Of a stretch of DNA of 64,000 nt, positions 36,564-46,975 are shown piece after piece. A program made the translations under genes and the position numbers. The number at the start of each line of letters is the position of its first letter. The stretch's first letter is position 1. Source of the stretch: Candidatus Roizmanbacteria bacterium RIFCSPHIGHO2_12_FULL_37_23 (GTDB lineage: Bacteria; Patescibacteriota; Microgenomatia; UBA1406; HO2-37-13b); assembly GCA_001788095.1 (NCBI GenBank), contig MFZX01000031.1, forward strand, positions 9,736 through 73,735, given 5' to 3'. Under the pieces are notes generated by a model. It saw nothing but the letters and a program-made list of their open reading frames with translations, was not told where the DNA came from and made no database searches.

Positions 36564-38372
36564 ATGAGATATGTGCGATTTTGGACTGTACTCATTTTTT
36601 TCCTCATCACAGCTATAACAGTATTTTTTTATACTCCCTCAGAAACATCTGCTCAAAGTACTACGCTCGTCTGCCCCGCTCCTCCCGCGCCTGATATACC
36701 TTTGGCAGTAGGACAAATCCAACTTCAACGTGGTCCTGGTAAAACATATACATGTGGGCCAGGCAATTATTTTAATATCGGCAAAGGCGGGCCAAATCAG
36801 CCACAAACAGAATGTGATAATCTTGCAGCCGGAGTTGCAGTCCCAGTTGGAGGACAATACAAATACAACCAGCTCAGTGGAGGTTTTCAAAGAGTGTATA
36901 CCCCCATAGCTAATCTTCTGGAAAACGGAGATGATCCCAGAAATTTTACCTGCAATATCACATTAGGTTGTCAGCAATCTTGTGTTCCACCTCAGGTAAT
37001 CGGTATATGTGATCTAAATTGCAATTTTGCAATTATTCCTTCTAGTCTTCAATGTTTACAATATGGAGGAGCGCAATCCTTTGATATCACCATAGTAGGG
37101 CCAGGTACTGGTGTTATGTCATGGGATGATGGTAAACAAGATACACCTGTAGAAGATGGTTCTCCTGTAGCTCATACATATGATAATGCAGGAGTCTACG
37201 ATATAAGACTTAATTGTAATCAAGGTGGTCAGCTATGTTCAAAAAGAGTGAATGTGCTTTGTCAACAGGGTGGTGGTGGTGGACCAACTCCTACCCCATT
37301 ACCTACAGCTACTCCAACACCAACAGGAGGTGCATCATGCGCTCCAGGTCTCCAATGTATGGATCCTTGCGCATGTAACACAAACTCTGCAGCATATCAA
37401 CAAAGTTGTCCAAACGGTCCCGGTTCTGCAATTGGTTCCAAAAAAGGGAAACAGCTCGCAAAAGGCGATAAAGCTGTTTTGGGAACTCAGCTTGCCCAAG
37501 CTGTAGGGGGAGCTCCTGGTAGTATAGCTGATGGAGGAGCTTGTGGACCAGGTCTTGTGTGTTGTCAGGCTGCACCATCTATAGGAACTGATCCTTGGTG
37601 GAAAGTCAAAGATGGTGCGTTCCATAAACTAGGAAATCTTGTTGATCCTATTCCTGATCCAGACAATGCAGATCCTTTTGACAATAATGATGATGGACTG
37701 TGTGATCAAACTGATCCACTTTCAATCACGTGCCTAAATATTAATCAGCCAGGTGTAGTTTCCGCTCATGGATTTATTGATACGGCACATGCTCCAATTT
37801 CGTATAGAGGATGGAAACTTGAAAATGGAAACTATAATCTCAATAATGTTATGACCCCAACTGCGTTTCGGGATTATGTGATAGCTCGAAAAACCTATGT
37901 ACAAATAAATGACTTCTCAGAAATGCAGAATGATACTGTTAACTATATCGTTGGCGACTATACAATAAATAATAACGGACACCAAGGAAAGTCAAATTTC
38001 ATTCTCATTATCGATGGTAATCTAACAGTAGATCAGAATAATCAGTTTAACCCTTCAAACAAACCGATGGGATTTGTGGTAACAGGCAAAATGAGTATTC
38101 GCTCAAACGTCGAAGAAATGAATGGTATTTATATTGCACAGGATGTAGATTTTGCTTCAGATATTCTTCCTGGAAACACAACAGAAAATGAATTAAAAGT
38201 TGATGGGAATCTCGTATCGTTTACTGAAAGTGAATGTACTGAAAAACGACAACGCACCGATAATAACAATAAACCGTCATGTTTCTTTGTACACAATATT
38301 GTGGATCATTACCTCCCGCTCATGGATATGTTATCAGTAAGAACTTATGAATGGGAAGAGCTTGTGCCGTAA
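36564..38372 (+). CDS. secreted Cys-rich protein with PKD-like domain
   Basis: Signal peptide, WDDG..AHTYDNAGVYDIRL, C-terminal IIDGNLTV beta repeats. Confidence 0.78.
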   Translation: MRYVRFWTVLIFFLITAITVFFYTPSETSAQSTTLVCPAPPAPDIPLAVGQIQLQRGPGKTYTCGPGNYFNIGKGGPNQPQTECDNLAAGVAVPVGGQYKYNQLSGGFQRVYTPIANLLENGDDPRNFTCNITLGCQQSCVPPQVIGICDLNCNFAIIPSSLQCLQYGGAQSFDITIVGPGTGVMSWDDGKQDTPVEDGSPVAHTYDNAGVYDIRLNCNQGGQLCSKRVNVLCQQGGGGGPTPTPLPTATPTPTGGASCAPGLQCMDPCACNTNSAAYQQSCPNGPGSAIGSKKGKQLAKGDKAVLGTQLAQAVGGAPGSIADGGACGPGLVCCQAAPSIGTDPWWKVKDGAFHKLGNLVDPIPDPDNADPFDNNDDGLCDQTDPLSITCLNINQPGVVSAHGFIDTAHAPISYRGWKLENGNYNLNNVMTPTAFRDYVIARKTYVQINDFSEMQNDTVNYIVGDYTINNNGHQGKSNFILIIDGNLTVDQNNQFNPSNKPMGFVVTGKMSIRSNVEEMNGIYIAQDVDFASDILPGNTTENELKVDGNLVSFTESECTEKRQRTDNNNKPSCFFVHNIVDHYLPLMDMLSVRTYEWEELVP

Positions 38373-38423
38373 GGGAGGAATGGAGATTGGAAATTTGAGA
38401 TTTGAGAATTAAAGAACTGAAAA

Positions 38424-39227
38424 ATGAAAACTGAAGCAAATAAAAAATCGGGTCAAATACTTCTTATCGTAGTGCTTGTTGCAACTTTACTAATGACTAT
38501 TGGCCTCTCACTTACGCAGATTACAGTTGATGATACCAAAATTGCGAAGCTCGAGGAAGAAGGCAAAAAAGCACGAGCTGCTGCAGAAGCTGGAATTGAG
38601 GTTGCAATCGACCAATTAGACGTGGGGGAAACTCCAATTCAAATCGGAGATATCGTTGATAATGACATGACTGGACAAGCAGAGTTAACTACAACAACAA
38701 CAAATTCTTTCACAACCCCCCTCATATCTAAAGACGGACTCTATATGTTTTATTTAACAGGATATGATGCGACAACAAAACAGATAATTTCTACTGCTTT
38801 TAATGATGATATTATTGTTAATGTCAATAGTCCAAAAGGAACCTTGTGCGGAACTATTAACGAATTCGCACTCGAACTTACATTTGTCAATAAAACCAGA
38901 GGGATCGTGTCGCGCAAGCTTATTGAAGAATCTGGATGCAACGTTGTAGAAACAACTAATGGGATTGATGAAGTGACTTTTGGGGAAGTTATTCCTACAC
39001 TTCCTTTTTCAGATGACCCTCATCTTCTTATAACTCGTATTATTGCACCTAACGATGCATTTACAGGTGTAAAACTAGATATCGTCAACGCAACTAATAA
39101 CAGCTGGCCAATACAAGGCAGAACGATTATTTCTACAGCTACATCGCCAGCAGGGGTAACTAAAAAAATCAAACTTTTCCAGTCCTTTCCCCAATTCCCA
39201 GCAGAATTCTTTATAACAAGTTTCTAA
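38424..39227 (+). CDS. PilX-like minor pilin / pilus assembly protein
   Basis: KKSGQILLIVVLV..ARAAAEAGIE. Confidence 0.75.
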   Translation: MKTEANKKSGQILLIVVLVATLLMTIGLSLTQITVDDTKIAKLEEEGKKARAAAEAGIEVAIDQLDVGETPIQIGDIVDNDMTGQAELTTTTTNSFTTPLISKDGLYMFYLTGYDATTKQIISTAFNDDIIVNVNSPKGTLCGTINEFALELTFVNKTRGIVSRKLIEESGCNVVETTNGIDEVTFGEVIPTLPFSDDPHLLITRIIAPNDAFTGVKLDIVNATNNSWPIQGRTIISTATSPAGVTKKIKLFQSFPQFPAEFFITSF

Positions 39228-39249
39228 TGCTCTAATCCCAATGTCCCCT

Positions 39250-39300
39250 AGGTTGTGAACGTAACCAACCTTCGATGTTGGTTTGTACTCCAACCTCTGT
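39250..39300. repeat. REP-like family B copy
   Basis: aggttgtgaacgtaaccaaccttcgatgttggtttgtactccaacct. Confidence 0.8.
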
Positions 39301-39338
39301 ACCTGAGGCTGGAAAAATCTGATACAATAATACCGATT

Positions 39339-41027
39339 ATGCTAAAACAAAAAGTGTATGAAGCCTTTCGGGAAGCCCTCGGAACAAAAGAAATTACGCT
39401 TCTTAACCCTACTCGACCTGAATTTGGAGATTTCGCAGTGAATATCCATAGATTTGAGTCCGCCAGCTGGCGGAGAGATTCGAAAGTGGAGAATGTCATT
39501 AAAAAACTCGCTCAAAACGAGCTTTTCGAAAAAATTGAGCAGAAAGGAAGCTTTATAAATGTATTCATCAAAATAGAAACTCTTCTGAACGAGCTACAAA
39601 CTATCCAAAAAAAACAAGAAAAATATGGTTACATTGACCAAAAAGGTATACGAATCAATCTGGAATATGGAGATCCAAATACGCACAAACTTCCTCACAT
39701 AGGACACCTGTTCTCGTATGTTGTTGGCGAATCATGGGCACGCATCCTTGAAGCGACAGGAAATACAATATATCGGTGTTGCTATCAAGGAGATGTTGGG
39801 CCTCATGTTGCTAAATGTCTATACGGCATTCAAAGCTCAGGAGCCAGAATTCAGGATCTTGAAAAAAAGTCGCTTGAAGAAAGAGTTTCCTTACTACAAA
39901 AAGCTTATCAAGAAGGGTCAAAAGTATATAAGGAAGACCCTAAAGCAAAGGGTGAAATCGATGAAATTAATAAAAAGATTTACGAAGGAGAACCTTTAGT
40001 CAGAAAATTATGGGAAACAACCCGCTCTTGGAGCTTGGAATATTATCAACAATTCGAAATGAAACTCGACATCTCATATGATCAACACTATTTTGAGAGT
40101 CAAACAAGTGATCTTGGAAAAAAAATCGTACAACAACATTTGGGAAATATTTTTGAGGAAAGTGAAGGCGCAGTTGTTTTCCGAGGCGAAAAACACAACC
40201 TCCACACACGAGTATTTATTACCACATTAGGTACTCCAACTTATGAGGCAAAAGATCTTGCTCTGGTGACATTGAAAGCAAAGGATTGGCCTTTTGAGAA
40301 AGCAATTATAACTACGGCGTCTGAACAAAACGAATATTTTAAGGTTGTCATTAAGGCGATTGAAGAAGTACATCCTGAATTTAAAGATAAAATTTCTCAT
40401 ATCGGTTTTGGCCTTATTGATCTCAAATCAGGCAAAATGTCTTCACGAACTGGTAATATCATTTCAGCGATGGACCTTGTCGCCAATGTAAAAAAGATTG
40501 TTCAGAATGATCTTCTTTCAGAGAACAAAGATGACAAAACTGCAGACATCATTTCTTTAGGTGCAGTTAAATTTGCATTTCTGAAGTCCGAAGCTCGAAA
40601 AAATATTCTTTTCGATATTGAAGAGTCTGTTTCTCTTAAAGGCAACTCCGGACCGTATTTACAGTACGTTTACGCGAGAACGCAAAGCGTTTTACGCAAT
40701 GGAGAATGGAGATTTGAGAGTGGAGAGTGGAATTCTCAAATCTCAAATCTCAATTTTCAAATCGGTCTCGAGGAGCTCGCTCTTCTTCGTTCCTTTCCCC
40801 ACTTCCCAGAAGTAGTTGAAAATGCGGGAACAACATATTCCCCACACTTAATTTGTACATATTTATACGATCTTGCACAAAAATTTAATGCTTTTTATGA
40901 AAAATGTCCTATTTTACAAGCACAAGAAGATGTAAGAGACTTGAGACTTGCACTCACTGCAGCAACCGGTCACATTATTAAAAACGGACTGCATCTGCTA
41001 GGAATTAAAGTTTTAGATAAGATATGA
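39339..41027 (+). CDS. argS: arginine--tRNA ligase
   Basis: FGDF, PNTHKLPHIGH, KMSSRTG, GNSGPYLQYVYAR. Confidence 0.97.
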   Translation: MLKQKVYEAFREALGTKEITLLNPTRPEFGDFAVNIHRFESASWRRDSKVENVIKKLAQNELFEKIEQKGSFINVFIKIETLLNELQTIQKKQEKYGYIDQKGIRINLEYGDPNTHKLPHIGHLFSYVVGESWARILEATGNTIYRCCYQGDVGPHVAKCLYGIQSSGARIQDLEKKSLEERVSLLQKAYQEGSKVYKEDPKAKGEIDEINKKIYEGEPLVRKLWETTRSWSLEYYQQFEMKLDISYDQHYFESQTSDLGKKIVQQHLGNIFEESEGAVVFRGEKHNLHTRVFITTLGTPTYEAKDLALVTLKAKDWPFEKAIITTASEQNEYFKVVIKAIEEVHPEFKDKISHIGFGLIDLKSGKMSSRTGNIISAMDLVANVKKIVQNDLLSENKDDKTADIISLGAVKFAFLKSEARKNILFDIEESVSLKGNSGPYLQYVYARTQSVLRNGEWRFESGEWNSQISNLNFQIGLEELALLRSFPHFPEVVENAGTTYSPHLICTYLYDLAQKFNAFYEKCPILQAQEDVRDLRLALTAATGHIIKNGLHLLGIKVLDKI

Positions 41028-41620
41028 ATTCTCCACTCTCAAATCTCAAATCTCAAATTAATAAGCGTCCTCTCCGTGTAGGATTCGACCTCGACGGCGT
41101 CCTACTCTATAACCCAGCTCGTATTGCTCGTCACCCAATAACAATTGTAAAACGACTTTTTTTCCCAAAAAGACTCCACACTTTTTACGTCCCACAATCT
41201 GAAATTGAAAAACTCATGTGGCGCGTGTTTCATTGGTCAAGTTTATTTATCGCCCCAGGATTCAACCAGATCAAAGAGATGAGCCATAAAGGCCTCATTG
41301 AACCATATATTGTAACAGCACGATTTGACTTCCTCGAACCTGATTTCAACACGTGGATAAGAAGAATGCGTATTAATGATTCGTTTAAAGGGATATATCT
41401 TAACAAGCAAAACCAGCAACCTCATATATTTAAGGAACAAATCGTAAAGGAGCTCAAACTAGACATTTTTGTTGAAGACAATTGGGATATCATTCAACAT
41501 CTTACTCAGACAACAAAAGCTAAAACATTTTGGATATACAATATTTTTGATCGGGGAATTCAATACGAATACAAATTTCCAACACTAAAAAAAGCGGTTG
41601 AAAAAATAAAAAGTTATTGA
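41024..41620 (+). CDS. HAD-superfamily (nucleotidase-like) protein
   Basis: GFDLDGVL, IVTAR, K, FVEDN. Confidence 0.8.
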   Translation: MNSPLSNLKSQINKRPLRVGFDLDGVLLYNPARIARHPITIVKRLFFPKRLHTFYVPQSEIEKLMWRVFHWSSLFIAPGFNQIKEMSHKGLIEPYIVTARFDFLEPDFNTWIRRMRINDSFKGIYLNKQNQQPHIFKEQIVKELKLDIFVEDNWDIIQHLTQTTKAKTFWIYNIFDRGIQYEYKFPTLKKAVEKIKSY

Positions 41621-41706
41621 ACCACTATTAACATGGGTGGCAGTCTCGGAAGGGCTCCGATTTTATCGGAGGAGGCCATGACAGGCCCCATGTATACAAT
41701 TGCTTA

Positions 41707-42840
41707 ATGAAAAAAATTCTATTCTTTTCACCCTACTTTCACCCTTATATTTCCGGTATTACCGTCTACCCTTTACAAATACTCACCTATCTCGCTCATA
41801 AACATACTATAACCGTTCTCACTTTCCCTCACACAAACGATCTCAAACCCGAAGAAGTCATCAATAACATAACGATTAAACGAATGCCTTTTCTTTTCAG
41901 GATCTCGAAAGGTTTTATTTCTCCTCAATCGCTTATATTCTTCCTTAAGGAAGTTCGGAATCATGATGTGGTATTGCTTAATATCCCTAACTTCGAAGGA
42001 TTATTTCTCGCAATTATTGCAAAAATATATAGAAAAAAAATCATCACCATATTTCATTGCGAAGTTTATTTGGGTAAAAATATAGTACTGCGTGTCATCA
42101 ATGCTTTTCTCAATACGTCAGTATATGTGCAACTCTTTCTTAGTGATACCATAGTCGCCTATCCTGACTACATCAATTCACTCTTAGTTTACAAATATAT
42201 TTCTCATAAGATCCATTACTCACTTCCACCTATTAAAAAATTAAGCATAGATAAGAAAGCGTTAACAACTTTTAAAAAAATAAAGGGAAATACGATATGG
42301 ATTGGATTTGTAGGTAGAATTGCTCGAGAGAAAGGACTTGAATATCTTATTGATGCTGCAAGGAGACTAAAAATAGAAAATCGACAGATTAAACTCATGT
42401 TTGTTGGTCCTTATGGAGATGATGTTTCAGGAGAAAAATCTTATTTTTTTTTAATTAAAAAGCTATTAACCGATTATGGGATTGCCCATGAATTTTTAGG
42501 TAACATTTCAGACGAAGTATTGGGATCTTTTTATAAGAGTATCGATGTACTAGTTCTCCCTTCGATCAATAAAACAGAGGCATTTGGTATGGTTCAAGCA
42601 GAAGCTATGATGTTGGGAACACCGATTATCGCTTCCGATCAAGCGGGTGTGAAACTGCCTGTAAAACTAACTCATATGGGTATATCTGTAAATCCACGAG
42701 ATACACAACAGTTCGTAAATGCCCTCTATAAAGTCATAATACAAAAAGATGTATATAGTAATGAAAAGCTTATTCAAAAAACGCATACTATATTTTCTCA
42801 AAAACCGGTTTTTAATTTATATGAAGAACTCGTTGTATGA
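41707..42840 (+). CDS. glycosyltransferase family 4
   Basis: FVGRIAREKG, EAFGMVQAEAM. Confidence 0.92.
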   Translation: MKKILFFSPYFHPYISGITVYPLQILTYLAHKHTITVLTFPHTNDLKPEEVINNITIKRMPFLFRISKGFISPQSLIFFLKEVRNHDVVLLNIPNFEGLFLAIIAKIYRKKIITIFHCEVYLGKNIVLRVINAFLNTSVYVQLFLSDTIVAYPDYINSLLVYKYISHKIHYSLPPIKKLSIDKKALTTFKKIKGNTIWIGFVGRIAREKGLEYLIDAARRLKIENRQIKLMFVGPYGDDVSGEKSYFFLIKKLLTDYGIAHEFLGNISDEVLGSFYKSIDVLVLPSINKTEAFGMVQAEAMMLGTPIIASDQAGVKLPVKLTHMGISVNPRDTQQFVNALYKVIIQKDVYSNEKLIQKTHTIFSQKPVFNLYEELVV

Positions 42841-43634
42841 AAAGGTATTCACCAAAACAATTACGTACATATGTTCAAGCATTTCTTAAAAGATATCCGC
42901 TTTTTTTTGCATTCATTCGCTCCCAAGAGGCTTATCTTTTCGATATGTATAGGCCATTACGAAACCCAATATTAGATTTTGGCTGTGGGGATGGGTATTT
43001 TGCAAAAATAGCATTGCATGGTGATATTATTGACGTTGGACTTGATTTGCAAAAAAGCAGGATTAATCAAGCAGAAAAGGAACAAAATTATAAAAACCTC
43101 ACCACATATGATGGAAACACAATTCCTTATCCACATAAGCATTTCCAGACAGCTATTTCAAACTGTGTACTTGAACATATACCTCATTTAGAGGTATCAC
43201 TCAAAGAAATTAGTAGAGTATTAAAACCAGGAGGTCTATTCTTAACATCTGTGATGACTGATCGTTGGGAAGATTATCTCGTTGGTAATAAAATTTTTGG
43301 TAAATCATATGCACGTATTCGTCGCATCGATCAAGATCATCATAATCTTTTATCATATAAACAATGGAGGAATGTATTTAAACAGGCAGATTTTGAAGTA
43401 GTTGAAGAAATCGGTTATCTTTCACCTCGAAATGCAGCCTGGCTTGATGTAATGCATTACGCTTCCTTTCTTTCTCTACCGCTTTATATGCTTACTGGTA
43501 GGTGGGTAATTTTTCCTAAGCTTTATTTTTTATGTAGAATCGATTCGTGGATAACACAGAGAATCCAACTTCCTGTTGATATCAAAAAATCTGCTGCACT
43601 TTTCTATATATTAAAGAAAAGGCGTGGGAAGTAA
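42837..43634 (+). CDS. class I SAM-dependent methyltransferase
   Basis: ILDFGCGDG, VLEHI, RVLKPGG. Confidence 0.92.
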   Translation: MKRYSPKQLRTYVQAFLKRYPLFFAFIRSQEAYLFDMYRPLRNPILDFGCGDGYFAKIALHGDIIDVGLDLQKSRINQAEKEQNYKNLTTYDGNTIPYPHKHFQTAISNCVLEHIPHLEVSLKEISRVLKPGGLFLTSVMTDRWEDYLVGNKIFGKSYARIRRIDQDHHNLLSYKQWRNVFKQADFEVVEEIGYLSPRNAAWLDVMHYASFLSLPLYMLTGRWVIFPKLYFLCRIDSWITQRIQLPVDIKKSAALFYILKKRRGK

Positions 43635-43637
43635 AGA

Positions 43638-45287
43638 TTAATTAGCAACCACAACTAAATCAGACGAAAGTTGAATGATTGAAGCTTTGGGATCTTTTTC
43701 TTTTATCTGTCCTATTGCATCGCTACTAAAACGTGGAATAACATATACATACTTTTCAATAATATTGAATCGTGCTAAAACATCGCTCTGATTCACTAAT
43801 GTGCTATGTTTTATACCCGAATCGTTACTAAAGTGAAAAACTTTTTGGACATGATAATTTGGAAAAGCAACGATATACACATTTCTTTTAGGATAATTTT
43901 GTTCAATAAAACGGGCCGCAACAACAGAAATATCGGTATCTTTTCTTGTAGCTTGCTTGAAATATATAAAATTAGATATTCCAAACACGACCAGTAATCC
44001 TCCTCCTAACATAAAAAATATAAATGACTGTTTGAGTAGAATTTTCTCAAAAGGCATTGTCATAAGTAATACCAGCAAAGGGAATACTACAATGATCCTA
44101 TGAAATGCAGGTGGAGGAAGTGTCATAACCATTCCAGTAAAAAATGTGGTAAAGATCGTAAATAGAATAAGACCCACAAGATAATTCTTTTTAATAAAAA
44201 TCAATGAAAATAGTGCACCTACCAGAAATAAAATCAGTGAAATAGGTTCAAACAAAGCTTGAGATCCGAAAAAGAAACCCTGACTACCCCCTATGTCGCT
44301 TATATATAGTGATTTCAGTGATAAAAATACATTATCTATCAATCGTACATCTGTGCTTTTCAAAACATCAACTTGCTGATATCGTTGTAATAAGTATATG
44401 TTTTTTGTTCCGAGCATATAACCAATAAAGGGCAGCATAACAATAGAAAAACCATATATTGATATAAAGATATCTATGAGAAACTTTTTCGATCTTTGAA
44501 AAAGTAGAGCTACAATATACACAATTATCATAAGGGGAAATGCATGATATGATTTCGGATCAAAAAGGTAACAGAAGCCACCAAAAAAACCGGTCATAAA
44601 AAAAGAGAGTTTGGAAGGTTTTTTTAGTGACCGAGCTAGAAAATAAAAAAACCATATAAAAGCTGCGAGTGTGCCTGCGTGCAAAGTAGCTAAAGTATCG
44701 TGATATAAACTTATCGCAAAAAAGGTATACAAAAAGATTGCAATTAAGGTTATTCTAAAAGAAAAAACAAGACGAGCTAAAAGAAAGAAGGCTAAAGCCG
44801 TCAAAAATATATAGGGAAGTGTTGAAAACTTTACACTTAGAAAACTCTCTCCAACAAAACTAAAATATAATTTTTGAATACCTAAGAACAATGTAGCCTG
44901 CTGGCTCACCCATGCAGCGGGATCAATTGGAAATGGACCAAAAAAATTAACCTTAGTAAAATCATATATTGATGTAAAGTAAGCAAGTATATACTCATCT
45001 CCATGCACTCTGTTGATATCCAAAAGAAGTGCTCGAACAAGGGTTGGAACAAGTGAAATGAGAATTGCAGTTTTTAAGATTGAAATATCTTCTTTAGAGA
45101 GTCTTGTAGAAAAAAAGTACAGACTTCCAATCAGAGAAAGCAGCCATAGCAGTATGTAATAGGAATAATAGTGGCCAAAATATATTTTGAAAGCAATAAT
45201 GATACTTAATAGAATAGAGCTTCCTAAAGCCCCATATCTTAATATATTATTAAAGCTTTTTGAAGATTGTAACTTTTGGGTGGTCAT
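43638..45287 (-). CDS. GT-C fold (PMT/ArnT-like) glycosyltransferase
   Basis: HGDE first-loop motif, many TM. Confidence 0.75.
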   Translation of the reverse strand: MTTQKLQSSKSFNNILRYGALGSSILLSIIIAFKIYFGHYYSYYILLWLLSLIGSLYFFSTRLSKEDISILKTAILISLVPTLVRALLLDINRVHGDEYILAYFTSIYDFTKVNFFGPFPIDPAAWVSQQATLFLGIQKLYFSFVGESFLSVKFSTLPYIFLTALAFFLLARLVFSFRITLIAIFLYTFFAISLYHDTLATLHAGTLAAFIWFFYFLARSLKKPSKLSFFMTGFFGGFCYLFDPKSYHAFPLMIIVYIVALLFQRSKKFLIDIFISIYGFSIVMLPFIGYMLGTKNIYLLQRYQQVDVLKSTDVRLIDNVFLSLKSLYISDIGGSQGFFFGSQALFEPISLILFLVGALFSLIFIKKNYLVGLILFTIFTTFFTGMVMTLPPPAFHRIIVVFPLLVLLMTMPFEKILLKQSFIFFMLGGGLLVVFGISNFIYFKQATRKDTDISVVAARFIEQNYPKRNVYIVAFPNYHVQKVFHFSNDSGIKHSTLVNQSDVLARFNIIEKYVYVIPRFSSDAIGQIKEKDPKASIIQLSSDLVVVAN

Positions 45288-46968
45288 AAACGGTAAAAGA
45301 CTCATCAGCCCATTGGTCATTAATTGAAAAATATGGATAAGATGTAAATTCTTGGACCTGCATAAAATCCCCTCTCCCCGCAAAAAGATCTTTATAAAAT
45401 TTTGACATTTGCGGATACCGTTCCGGTGCAGTTAAAATACTCCCATATCCTCTATTACTTGAAAAAATATAGTAGTCAGCTTGTTTTAAAAGACTATCAA
45501 TACGATTCCATTTATCCGGTGTATCAGGATCAAATACTGGTAATTGATCTATTTTATACAGCAAAGGTGAATCGTAATTTATTGGCAAAGGTAAAGCATC
45601 GTCCCAATGCTCTGTCACAATATGAGAGCCAGCGGGAATATTCTTATATATCCATTGCGAAGCTGTTACTCTGCTGTGAGGACGAGTATAAATTGCCATA
45701 AAACCTAGTGGCCAAATAGATACGAAAATGAGCAATATTGATATAGCTAGTTTTTGATATTTCTTTACTTTCTCTATGATAGTGACGATACCAAAAGCAC
45801 CTATAATCGCAAAAAATGGATATAAAGGATAAAAATATCTCATTCCCATAACAAATTGCGTACTTTGATAAAGAAAAAAACCAATAATCCAGAGAAAAAT
45901 AACATAAAATTCTTTTTTTCTATGTTGCAAAAAATCTCTAACACCGATAAGAACGATTAAAAAATAAGGAATTCCAAGGCCAAAGACTGCTAAATTTATA
46001 AGAGGAAATGCGATTGATTGCTTATGGACCCACTGGACGCCAGGCGGGAACCATACGTTAGGATTCGAATAGGTGTTTAATTGTTTAATATTTTCTATAA
46101 ACTGCGGATTTGGATGGATATCAAAAAAATTAGCATTCGTAAAAAGGCGTGGATCTGCTAAACGTAGAGCGATATAGAAAGTTATTAAAAACAAACCAAT
46201 ATGAATAACCAATGTCATTGGATGTATTGCTGGTGAGTCGATGTTGGAGTAATAACCAACCTTCGATGTTGGTTTGTACTTCAACCTACCGGATCTACGT
46301 CTTAACAAGATTGGGAATTTTTCGTTTATCATTGCTAAGACAATCAAAACAATGATGAGAAAGGTTGGTAGGATGGCCGAGAGCTTTGAAGCAAATGCTA
46401 GACCAAGTATTGTTCCACATAGAGCAATATCAATCGTACGTTTATCGTAAAAATACCGAAGCGAAAAGTATATTGACGCTAATGCAAAAAAAACGAGAAA
46501 TGAGTCTGTTGTAAAAAAATGTGCATTTTGAATAGGTACTACTGCAATCGCATATAAGAATCCTGCAAAATATTTTATTCGATTATCAATCTTATACTTT
46601 TGTTCCCATAACTGCATCATCTTTATGACAAAAATAAGGCTTAAAACGTCAAAAATTGCGCTTAATGCACGGCCATATATGGCCGTTTCGTTATACGTAT
46701 CTACGTTGGAAAAAACAACGAATAACTTATTGAGAGTGAGAGGAAATGTTCCATATACGAAAAAACTGAAGCCAATATTATAAGGGTTTAATGTTGATTG
46801 TGTAGGATTCATGTATTGAGTAATTGATTCAGGTATTTTCATTGCATTTGAAACCATAGTGAGGAAACGCTCATCTGGATGAAGATGTTGGTTTTGATCC
46901 CAATTTAGGCCATATAGTCTAAGTATAAGAGCGAGTAAAACAATGGTTATAAAAAGAAACTTCTGCAT
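45250..46968 (-). CDS. GT-C fold (family 39-like) glycosyltransferase with in-frame repeat insertion
   Basis: WDQNQHLHPDERF, FVYGTFP, many TM, ADESFTVYDHP. Confidence 0.85.
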   Translation of the reverse strand: MQKFLFITIVLLALILRLYGLNWDQNQHLHPDERFLTMVSNAMKIPESITQYMNPTQSTLNPYNIGFSFFVYGTFPLTLNKLFVVFSNVDTYNETAIYGRALSAIFDVLSLIFVIKMMQLWEQKYKIDNRIKYFAGFLYAIAVVPIQNAHFFTTDSFLVFFALASIYFSLRYFYDKRTIDIALCGTILGLAFASKLSAILPTFLIIVLIVLAMINEKFPILLRRRSGRLKYKPTSKVGYYSNIDSPAIHPMTLVIHIGLFLITFYIALRLADPRLFTNANFFDIHPNPQFIENIKQLNTYSNPNVWFPPGVQWVHKQSIAFPLINLAVFGLGIPYFLIVLIGVRDFLQHRKKEFYVIFLWIIGFFLYQSTQFVMGMRYFYPLYPFFAIIGAFGIVTIIEKVKKYQKLAISILLIFVSIWPLGFMAIYTRPHSRVTASQWIYKNIPAGSHIVTEHWDDALPLPINYDSPLLYKIDQLPVFDPDTPDKWNRIDSLLKQADYYIFSSNRGYGSILTAPERYPQMSKFYKDLFAGRGDFMQVQEFTSYPYFSINDQWADESFTVYDHPKVTIFKKL

Positions 46969-46975
46969 TGTAGGA

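Noticed and set aside
39255-39338. N-terminal extension of ArgS in the ORF track
   Set aside because: It is a translated REP repeat; the real start is likely ATG 39339
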